The notes beneath the pieces were generated by a model that worked only from the letters and a program-made list of their open reading frames with translations, searched no databases and was not told the DNA's origin. Position numbers and translations under genes: made by a program. From Acaryochloris marina MBIC11017 (GTDB taxonomy: Bacteria; Cyanobacteriota; Cyanobacteriia; Thermosynechococcales; Thermosynechococcaceae), in the NCBI RefSeq assembly GCF_000018105.1, contig NC_009925.1, forward strand, positions 5,125,015-5,149,014: a stretch of 24,000 nt of DNA. The letters are read 5' to 3'. Each line of letters opens with the position of its first letter. The stretch's first letter is position 1. Of this stretch, positions 14,504-21,595 are shown in pieces.

Positions 14504-15183
14504 TGCTGCAAGAAGGACTACGCCATCGGCAAGTGAAAGGTCGCAGACGATTACTAGCAGGATTGGTAGGGGTGTTGTTGCTTCCCTTCGCCATCCGGTA
14601 TGTTCCCTTGCTGTTTGACCAGATGCATTTGGTGGAGTTTGTTCAATCCCATGGTTTATGGGGGGCGATCATCTTTATCCTGCTGCATATTGTCGCCACG
14701 GTGTTGGGGGTCCCTGGAGTCATTTTGACCATCGTGGGAGGTGTCTTGTTTGGCCTGCTGTGGGGGAGCTTTTTATCCCTAGCAGGAGCCACCTTGGGAG
14801 CCATGGGAGCCTTCTGGATGGCCCGTTACCTATTGTTAGATTGGGCCCAGAGACGTGTGCGAGATCGCAAGCTGCTCTGTACGTTTAACCAAGCCGTGCT
14901 CCAGCATCCATTCAGCTTTGTCCTGATTGTTCGCTTTGCGCCTATTTCTCCCTTTAATTTAGTGAATTTCCTGTTTGGCATGACCACCATTCATTGGTTT
15001 CCCTACAGTTTAGGAACGCTGATTGGAATTATTCCTGGGGTGATTGCCTATACCTGGATCGGGGTTGCCGGGAATGATGCCATGCATGGTAAAGGCCCTT
15101 GGCCCTTGGTGATTGCCTGTACCTGCCTAGCGGTGCTGTCGGCAATGCCTTTGTTACTGCGTAAGAAGCGATCGCTGACTTAA
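14503..15183 (+). CDS. TVP38/TMEM64 family (DedA superfamily) membrane protein, paralog B
   Basis: Same family core (VATVLGVPGVILTIVGGVLFG ... GAFWMARY ... IVRFAPISPFNLVNFLFGMT). Its ATG overlaps the stop of paralog A (TAATG at 14501-14505). The N-terminus is basic and probably cytoplasmic (RHRQVKGRRR). Confidence 0.8.
   Translation: MLQEGLRHRQVKGRRRLLAGLVGVLLLPFAIRYVPLLFDQMHLVEFVQSHGLWGAIIFILLHIVATVLGVPGVILTIVGGVLFGLLWGSFLSLAGATLGAMGAFWMARYLLLDWAQRRVRDRKLLCTFNQAVLQHPFSFVLIVRFAPISPFNLVNFLFGMTTIHWFPYSLGTLIGIIPGVIAYTWIGVAGNDAMHGKGPWPLVIACTCLAVLSAMPLLLRKKRSLT
15168..15175. repeat. HIP1 octamer GCGATCGC
   Basis: Exact match read in the sequence. Confidence 0.95.
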
Positions 15184-15205
15184 GCCCTTTTTAGGTTCGC
15201 GGCCC

Positions 15206-15595
15206 CTAAACCAGAAGCTGCCACAGAATCACAAATAGAGACAAGATAGACCCGACAAATCCCAACGACCGCAAAACTGGTACGCCAATAATGTAGGCAA
15301 AGGCATGAAAGACCCTGCAGGCCACCATAACGATTGCGGTCAGATTAATCAGTGGGTTGGCAGTTCCCGACAACTGAACGACGAGCAGGGTCACCACCAA
15401 CATCGGTAAATTTTCATAATGGTTGCGCTGAGCCCGCTCTGCCCGTTGAGCCCAGGGGGGAATCTCTGGCATAGTGTCCCGGTTGCTGGTGGCCCATTCC
15501 ATTCCCCCTTCTGCAAACCGCGCCAGGGTGGGGATGTAATTGAGGGGAAGAGACCACATGGCTAGTGCCAGGGCACAAAATAATACTGTTGTCAT
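15206..15595 (-). CDS. MAPEG family membrane protein (microsomal glutathione S-transferase-like)
   Basis: 129-aa ORF with four hydrophobic segments and the MAPEG signature region RAERAQRNHYENLPMLV. Convergent with the ars/TVP38 operon, with 22 bp between the stops. Confidence 0.75.
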   Translation of the reverse strand: MTTVLFCALALAMWSLPLNYIPTLARFAEGGMEWATSNRDTMPEIPPWAQRAERAQRNHYENLPMLVVTLLVVQLSGTANPLINLTAIVMVACRVFHAFAYIIGVPVLRSLGFVGSILSLFVILWQLLV

Positions 15596-15733
15596 AGCCG
15601 GTTAATCTAAGCAAAATACCAATAGCCCTAATGGTACTGAGCAATGGAATATTTGTGTGCTACAGCAAGGTAAAAGTCCTGAAAATTGCCCTATGCCATA
15701 TATTTAGACTCAGGGGCAAGACTGAAATGGATT

Positions 15734-18001
15734 TTAAGCAGATTGGTACTCGAATCGATCTTGCGATCGCAACAAGGATGTCGCGCCCCTCGCCGTTAGG
15801 GGTGGGGCAAACAAAAAGCCTTGGCCGTGGGTACAGTTGAGAGAATTGAGGTAATTAAGCTGGATTTTATTTTCAACCCCTTCTGCTACTACCTGTAGAT
15901 CCAAATTATTGGCTAATAAGAGAATCGAACGGATAATGGCTTGCCCCTCTGCTCCCATATCGATTCGTTGGACAAAGGTTTGATCGATTTTTAGGGCATT
16001 AATCGGTAGGCTATACAGGTAGCTGAGAGAAGAATAGCCCGCTCCAAAATCATCCAGATAGAGTTCTAGCCCCAGCTCCCGCAATTGTTTCAGTAAACTT
16101 ATCGTCGTCTGATCATTGCGAATAATCGTGCTTTCCGTTAGCTCTAGTTTCAGATGGGTGGGGTCGATGCGAGAGGCAGCTATGATATCCGCCACCTTAG
16201 TGACCAAATCGCTATGAAACAGCTGTTTAGCCGATAAATTAACGCTAATGCGCAGGGTCTCATAATCTGGAAGACGCTGCCATTGACGGAGTTGATTGCA
16301 GGCCTGCTGCAAGACCGATAATCCTAAGTCCTGGATCATGCCGGACTCCTCAGCAATGCCAATCAGATCCGAGGCGGCGATGGGTTGATGGTTGCTGTCG
16401 TACCAGCGGATCAACGCCTCGAAGGCGTCAATGGCTCCAGTTTTTAGACAAACAATAGGCTGGTAGTAAATTTCAAAGGCTTGGCGTTCAATGGCTCGCC
16501 GCATTTCCGTTTCCAACTGAGATCGCGCCATTGTCTGGGACTGCATGCCCGTATTAAAGACCTTATGGCAGCCCTTGCCGGCGGACTTAGCCTGGTACAT
16601 GGCCACATCCGCATCCTGAAGCACCTGTTCAGCATCGTGGTAGCCAAAGTTGCTGAGGGTAATGCCAATGCTGACATCAATGAAAATTTCATGTACCCCT
16701 AAATTAAAGGGTAGGGTCAATTGTTGTCGCAGGCGCTCTGCTGTGGAGGTCGCATCTTCTTGGTTTTGGAGGCCATTGAGCAAAATAACAAATTCATCTC
16801 CACCTAAGCGAGAGGCCGTATCACCGGGACGCAAAGAAGAGAGCAGCCGTTCAGCAATGCCCATCAGCAACTGATCGCCCACTCCATGTCCCATGCTGTC
16901 GTTAATGATTTTGAACCGATCTAAATCCAAGAACAGTACTGCAAACAGATAATCGGGATAGCGCTGCAGCTGTTTGAGGGATTGTTCGAGCCGATTAATA
17001 AATAGGGCGCGATTGGGTAGATCCGTTAGGGGATCGTGGAAGGCATGATGGAGCAGTTCTGTCTCTTTTTGGTGATGCTTTAAGGCTCCACTAAGACTTG
17101 CCACCAAGGTTTGCAATAGGGAAATATCGGGCGTAGACCATTGGCGCTCAATATGACGATTTTCAAAGCTCATAAATCCCCAGAGCTGGTCCTCGATAAT
17201 GATGGGGAGTAGAAACACCGAGCAAATGTCAGCTCGTTTTAGATGCGATCGCTCAATCTCATGAAAATCTCGGGTTAGCTGGGAAAACGGTAGACGACGA
17301 ACCAAGGACTGGTACCACCGTCGTTGACCAATCACATCGGAGGGAACGGTCCAAGGCAAATGTAAACTGGACGCTGACTCGGTCTTTTTTACCCAGGCAT
17401 AGCGCAGCTGGGGGGTAAGCACGCCAGCGGTCGATGTATGGAGTTCACAAACATAGAGGCGATCGATCTGGGCGGCATTGCCGACTACTGCCAGGGCCTT
17501 GGTGACAGCTGTATTGAAATGGGAACCCGTGAGCAGATATTGACTGGCTTCTGCCACGGCGGTCAGTAGGTTATCCCGCTGTTGCTGAGCTAGTCGATGC
17601 TGGAGGTGTTCCGTGCGATCCAGCCAACAACCGATCAGTTCTAGTCCGGGTCCGTTGGGTTTCGACACGAGCTGAAAAATATTCTGAACCCAGCGATACC
17701 CTAACTGTTTATGAAAAAAACGGTACTCACACTCCTGCCAAACATCTAATGTGCCTTGGCTAAGGGTTTCTAAGGCCAGAGACCGATCGTCAGGATGGAT
17801 CAGGGAGAGCCAGCGGGTTGGCTCTGCTAGCAAATCCTGATCTGTATAGCCAAACAGGGAGGTAACGCTCTTAGAAACAGCCGTTAATTCATAGGCACCT
17901 GGACAGCTGCTATACATAACCGCAGGGCAAGCAGCAGACAGATGATCTAATTTGGACTGTTGGTCGCTTTTCACGATTTCGGACAGCGGAGGGAACGTCA
18001 C
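15734..18001 (-). CDS. PAS-GAF-GGDEF-EAL signalling protein (c-di-GMP synthase/phosphodiesterase)
   Basis: 755-aa ORF. The diguanylate cyclase site is intact (RLGGDEFVILL). EAL-domain motifs are intact (FEALIRW, DDFGAGYSSLSYL, QGFLFAPP). The N-terminus has a PAS-like segment (LIHPDDRS ... YRWVQN) and a GAF-like segment. The track start is GTG at 18001, so the true start is uncertain. Confidence 0.9.
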   Translation of the reverse strand: MTFPPLSEIVKSDQQSKLDHLSAACPAVMYSSCPGAYELTAVSKSVTSLFGYTDQDLLAEPTRWLSLIHPDDRSLALETLSQGTLDVWQECEYRFFHKQLGYRWVQNIFQLVSKPNGPGLELIGCWLDRTEHLQHRLAQQQRDNLLTAVAEASQYLLTGSHFNTAVTKALAVVGNAAQIDRLYVCELHTSTAGVLTPQLRYAWVKKTESASSLHLPWTVPSDVIGQRRWYQSLVRRLPFSQLTRDFHEIERSHLKRADICSVFLLPIIIEDQLWGFMSFENRHIERQWSTPDISLLQTLVASLSGALKHHQKETELLHHAFHDPLTDLPNRALFINRLEQSLKQLQRYPDYLFAVLFLDLDRFKIINDSMGHGVGDQLLMGIAERLLSSLRPGDTASRLGGDEFVILLNGLQNQEDATSTAERLRQQLTLPFNLGVHEIFIDVSIGITLSNFGYHDAEQVLQDADVAMYQAKSAGKGCHKVFNTGMQSQTMARSQLETEMRRAIERQAFEIYYQPIVCLKTGAIDAFEALIRWYDSNHQPIAASDLIGIAEESGMIQDLGLSVLQQACNQLRQWQRLPDYETLRISVNLSAKQLFHSDLVTKVADIIAASRIDPTHLKLELTESTIIRNDQTTISLLKQLRELGLELYLDDFGAGYSSLSYLYSLPINALKIDQTFVQRIDMGAEGQAIIRSILLLANNLDLQVVAEGVENKIQLNYLNSLNCTHGQGFLFAPPLTARGATSLLRSQDRFEYQSA
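15763..15770. repeat. HIP1 octamer GCGATCGC
   Basis: Exact match read in the sequence. Confidence 0.95.
17244..17251. repeat. HIP1 octamer GCGATCGC
   Basis: Exact match read in the sequence. Confidence 0.95.
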
Positions 18002-18262
18002 ACCAAAATTACTCCAAGCACAGGTAAAACATGACTTTCACCAATTGAAATGGCGTAAATTCACGTATATTTCTGAATACTGGCTGAATAAACCTGCTTC
18101 CCTCAAAGGGTACGAGGTGATTTAGGCGGTTGTCCTCCGCAAATATACGGACATGTTTAAACAGAATATTTCGTATTATTAAGCTCGATTTCTAGGACTA
18201 GTAATTGGTCCTATTGACGGGCTCTTTTCATGAGAGCTGTAATTCTTCAAAGCCTTGTAGTG

Positions 18263-19267
18263 CTATGGCTTGTCAATCTTTGATCGGAGGATAGGGGTTG
18301 TTGCAGTTTGAGATTGCTTTGTGTCTAACCACGCTAGACCTGCCCCCAAGGCTTCGGCAAGGGTGTTCATCAATCGATACAAAGCGACACTGCCCAACGC
18401 TACCCCGTAGGAAAGGGTGGAGGCCTCGGTCAGGACGCCGGGGCGAATCATCAGCTGACAAACGGTGAGTTCAAACACGCCGACTCCCCCTGGAATCCCA
18501 GGAGTGACAAATCCCAGCAGCCAACCAATACTGAAAATGCTAATCAAACGCGGAATCGCTTCAATCTCTACAGGCGTAAGGGCTTGGACGGTGAGAGCAA
18601 ATCCCAGACCCCTCAGGACAATAATGCTAATTTCACCCAGTAAAGGACGCCAGGGATAGTGCTTGAGCAGGAAGGGTTTAGGTCTTCTTTTCGATTTGGA
18701 TTTAGAAATAACGGCTCCGAGTTGAGACAGCCGTCGAATCAGAAACCGCAAAATTTTAGGATGGACAATAACTAAGGCAGCTAGTAGTCCCAAGCCTGCC
18801 GTCCATAGCCCCCCCTGCGGTACGCTTAATAACCCCAGAATCAACCCTGCTGAAATCATTAGAAGAGTGTCGAGAATGACACTAAGGGAGGCAGCGGTGA
18901 GAGGAATTCCTACGTTTTGGGCAGCAAGGGTTCGACCATAAAGGTGGAGGAGATTGCTGGGTAAGTATTTGGCAATATTAGTGGTTAGGTAAATCTGGGT
19001 TGCCCAAATATTGCTGACGGGATGTCCTAAATCCTCTAAAATCCAGCCCCAAACCCACCCAGTCCAGGTAAAGGCAAATAGGGTGATACCGGTTGCGATC
19101 GCAACGCTAGCCCAAGCCGACAGAGTAATCTGAATGGCTGCAATCGCCTGCCAATGCTCGAATAGGGCTTTCCCTAAAAAGGCCAAAACCGCCATCAGCA
19201 AGCCAGCGAAAAAAACGGACTTATAGCTTGCCCATAGCTGCTTCACCCAGCTCCATCGCTGCTCCAT
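18263..19267 (-). CDS. UPF0104 / lysyl-phosphatidylglycerol-synthase-TM-like (flippase-like) integral membrane protein
   Basis: 334-aa polytopic ORF. It has a basic loop (SKSKSKRRPKP) at mid-length and the TPGIPGGVGVFE motif typical of the MprF-flippase-like UPF0104 family. Confidence 0.7.
   Translation of the reverse strand: MEQRWSWVKQLWASYKSVFFAGLLMAVLAFLGKALFEHWQAIAAIQITLSAWASVAIATGITLFAFTWTGWVWGWILEDLGHPVSNIWATQIYLTTNIAKYLPSNLLHLYGRTLAAQNVGIPLTAASLSVILDTLLMISAGLILGLLSVPQGGLWTAGLGLLAALVIVHPKILRFLIRRLSQLGAVISKSKSKRRPKPFLLKHYPWRPLLGEISIIVLRGLGFALTVQALTPVEIEAIPRLISIFSIGWLLGFVTPGIPGGVGVFELTVCQLMIRPGVLTEASTLSYGVALGSVALYRLMNTLAEALGAGLAWLDTKQSQTATTPILRSKIDKP
19095..19102. repeat. HIP1 octamer GCGATCGC
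   Basis: Exact match read in the sequence. Confidence 0.95.
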
Positions 19268-19307
19268 AAAAATATGCTCTAACTTGGGTATAGACCGCTA
19301 GTCTTTA

Positions 19308-20282
19308 TTAATCAGGACTGAGTCCTTTGGCTTTCAGCCAGTCTGGATTAAACAACTTAGACTGATAGCGAGTGCCGCTATCACAAAGCACCGTGACAAT
19401 GGTATGCCCAGGCCCCATCTCTTTGGCGAGGGCGACCGCTGCGCCCACATTGATGCCGACCGATCCCCCTAAAAACAGGCCATCTTCTCGCAATAGCTGG
19501 TAAATGATCCGTAGCGCTTCGGGGTCATCCACTTGAATGGCATCATCGATGGGAGCCCCTTCCAAATTAGCGGTGACCCGGCTATTGCCAATGCCCTCGG
19601 TAACCGAATTGCCTTCCGGCTTAATTTCTCCGGTTTTGACATAGCTATAGAGACCGCTCCCCATGGGGTCCGCCAAAATCGTTTTGAGATTGGGGTTTTG
19701 CTCTTTGAGATAGAGAGCTACTCCGGCATAGGTGCCGCCGGTCCCCGTGGAGGTGACCCAGGCATCGATCTTGCCATCGGTCTGCTGCCAGATTTCGGGG
19801 CCGGTGCCTTCATAATGGGCGAGACGATTGGCCAAATTGTCGAATTGGTTGGCCCACACAGCATTGTCTAGTTCGTCAGCGATGCGGCCCGACAGTTTGA
19901 CATAGTTGTTGGGATCACGATAGGGCACCGCTGGCACCGCTCGAACTTCAGCCCCCAATAGCCGTAACGCATCCATCTTCTCTTGGGATTGGGTTTCGGG
20001 AATCACGATTAAACATTTGTAGCCCTTAGCATTGCAGATATGGGCCAGGCCAATCCCCGTATTACCTGCCGTCCCTTCTACTACTGTGCCGCCGGGTTTA
20101 AGCACCCCTCTTTTTTCAGCGTCATTGATCATAAACAGAGCAGCCCGATCCTTAACGGACCCCCCCGGATTTAAGAACTCAGCTTTGCCCAAAATTTCGC
20201 AGCCGGTTTGCTCACTGAAACTATTGAGGCGAATGAGGGGAGTGTTGCCAACTGCGCCGACAAAGCCGTGTTTAATGTCCAT
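19308..20282 (-). CDS. PLP-dependent cysteine synthase family enzyme (CysK/CysM/CBS-like)
   Basis: 324-aa ORF. Seen: the PLP-lysine motif NPGGSVKDRAA, the substrate loop GTAGNTGIGLA, QFDNLANRLAHYEGTGPEIW and the phosphate-binding loop TGTGGT. I cannot separate O-acetylserine sulfhydrylase from CBS-like by eye. Confidence 0.85.
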   Translation of the reverse strand: MDIKHGFVGAVGNTPLIRLNSFSEQTGCEILGKAEFLNPGGSVKDRAALFMINDAEKRGVLKPGGTVVEGTAGNTGIGLAHICNAKGYKCLIVIPETQSQEKMDALRLLGAEVRAVPAVPYRDPNNYVKLSGRIADELDNAVWANQFDNLANRLAHYEGTGPEIWQQTDGKIDAWVTSTGTGGTYAGVALYLKEQNPNLKTILADPMGSGLYSYVKTGEIKPEGNSVTEGIGNSRVTANLEGAPIDDAIQVDDPEALRIIYQLLREDGLFLGGSVGINVGAAVALAKEMGPGHTIVTVLCDSGTRYQSKLFNPDWLKAKGLSPD

Positions 20283-20491
20283 GGTCGCGGAAAAGATTTA
20301 CATATTTGCCTATCTTCCCACGACATGTCCGGCTGTGACCAAGGGTTATGGCTCCGCTGTCCCAGTGTTTCCCAAAATTGAGAAATTCCCCAAACCGATG
20401 GTGCAAAGGGTCTGCTGTGTATGTTACGCTAATAAACCGTCGGCGCTTGATGAAAGCTAACGCATCAGCTACTTTCACTAACCGACCAATT

Positions 20492-20564
20492 GGCTCAGTA
20501 GCTCAGTGGTTAGAGCAGGGGACTCATAAGCCCAAGGTCGCAAGTTCAAATCTCGCCTGAGCCA
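20492..20564 (+). tRNA. tRNA with CAT anticodon (elongator Met or lysidine-modified Ile2 type); CCA not encoded
   Basis: Manual fold:
- acceptor GGCTCAG/CTGAGCC, 7 perfect pairs, with discriminator A;
- D arm GCTC-AGTGGTTA-GAGC;
- anticodon arm GGGGA-CTCATAA-GCCCA;
- variable AGGTC;
- T arm GCAAG-TTCAAAT-CTCGC.
The D arm and anticodon loop resemble my recollection of E. coli tRNA-Ile2. Three non-Watson-Crick pairs lower confidence: 27-43 G.A, 31-39 A.G and 51-63 A.C. Confidence 0.75.
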
Positions 20565-20810
20565 TTTATCAAATTTGGAGTATCTGAAGGCTCACAAAGA
20601 AGATGGCCTTCGATATAAGTTAGCTTAAATTGTCGGTTTGTGAGGTTGAGACAGTCTCTCCTTACCCTTTGGCTAGGCAACACAAAGACACCTACTCTGC
20701 ATTTTTCGCCGATTGGGATGTGATCTACTGCTCAAGATTAAGTGAGGGACGTGATCTGTCCGCAACCTGTAAGGGATTGAACTCCTGTTTAATTTCGTAA
20801 TGAATTCAAC

Positions 20811-20957
20811 ATGGCCTCTCGAAAACGTGACTTACCCACTAAGATTTGCCCAGTTTGTGGATTGCCATTTACCTGGCGCAAGAAATGGCGCAATTGTTGG
20901 GACGATGTTATTTACTGTTCTAAGAAATGTCGCAGAAATCGTAAATCATCGTCTTAA
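20811..20957 (+). CDS. DUF2256-type small zinc-ribbon protein (48 aa)
   Basis: Hand translation gives MASRKRDLPTKICPVCGLPFTWRKKWRNCWDDVIYCSKKCRRNRKSSS*. The CPVCG...F.WRKKW...W..V.YCS..CR pattern is the DUF2256 signature as I remember it. It is too short for the ORF track, which instead lists an overlapping 72-aa ORF in another frame. Confidence 0.7.
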   Translation: MASRKRDLPTKICPVCGLPFTWRKKWRNCWDDVIYCSKKCRRNRKSSS

Positions 20958-20985
20958 CGTAAGGTTTTTTCATGTATTGAGAAAG

Positions 20986-21315
20986 TTAGGAGGCGTAACA
21001 TACTCGGCTAAGTCCTAGAATGCTAAAGATCCTGGATTCAATGTCTTGGAGCTGTTCAAAGGTGCTGGCGTAGAGGCTGTTTTGGCTGCGGAGATGCTGG
21101 TGGACTTTGACCAGCAGTTCTAGTTCACTCATCATCCGAGTGGTCTCTGACTCATTTGGGTAGAGACTGGCAATAACTCGATTGATATCGGCGGTGGTAT
21201 TAGCTATCAGCTGAGCACCTTGTGCAACGGCGGATTGGAGTTCCTGACCATGTTGTTTGATCAACTGACGAATGTAATAACCTGTGGTGGCTAAAAGTTG
21301 GTGTTGAGGCATCAT
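20986..21315 (-). CDS. hypothetical protein (109 aa), predicted all-helical
   Basis: Complete ORF with AGGA 13 nt upstream of ATGATG. No recognisable motif. Coding status rests only on ORF length and the absence of a better overlapping ORF. Confidence 0.4.
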   Translation of the reverse strand: MMPQHQLLATTGYYIRQLIKQHGQELQSAVAQGAQLIANTTADINRVIASLYPNESETTRMMSELELLVKVHQHLRSQNSLYASTFEQLQDIESRIFSILGLSRVCYAS

Positions 21316-21595
21316 GCTAATCAGTCCTGTAGAGATGGATGAAGACGAGATGGAGCCTGAGACAGGCTACTGGTGCGTTCTGATCGTGATGGGGACTTTT
21401 GTGATGTTCTGAGTATTGCAGGGTCAGTTTTTTGTTCTTGTCTGATTCTGCGTTTTAGTTGTATAAGTTCGTCTTTCCTTGCTGGTGTTCATATTAAAAG
21501 TCTGCAAAAAATCCTGAATCCGTCGATGCTCTTCGGCAATTTCCTTAAAATATTGACTATAGAACGTCCGTTGCAGGTGATTTTAGTTTGATTCG

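Noticed and set aside
13888-14594. Several 62-104 aa ORFs on both strands inside the TVP38 genes (13888..14103, 13992..14180, 14011..14217, 14177..14491, 14388..14594, 14658..14888).
   Set aside because: They are alternative-frame or antisense shadows of the two membrane-protein genes. They are Arg/Gly/Cys-rich with no motifs.
15190-15210. Hairpin TTTAGG-N9-CCTAAA between the convergent TVP38-B and MAPEG genes, considered as a bidirectional terminator.
   Set aside because: The stem is only 6 bp and AT-rich, it overlaps the MAPEG stop codon, and it lacks a proper U-tract. This is too weak to call.
18190-18240. Small inverted repeats (TAGGAC-N11-GTCCTA and GCTCT-N7-AGAGC) downstream of the UPF0104 gene, considered as terminators.
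   Set aside because: The stems are short (5-6 bp) and are not followed by U-runs on the minus strand, so they are not distinguishable from chance.
20800-21018. 72-aa plus-strand track ORF downstream of the tRNA.
   Set aside because: It overlaps, in a different frame, the 48-aa ORF with a clear DUF2256 zinc-ribbon signature. It also overlaps the 3' end of the minus-strand 109-aa ORF and has no motif of its own.
21316-21595. A minus-strand reading frame encoding ...LQRTFYSQYFKEIAEEHRRIQDFLQTFNMNTSKERRTYTTKTQNQTRTKN*, which looks protein-like.
   Set aside because: It is bounded upstream by an in-frame TAA. It has no ATG, GTG or TTG start before the short MNTSK... tail, so at most a 22-aa peptide could be made. 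It may be a gene relic, but I cannot support a CDS or pseudogene call.
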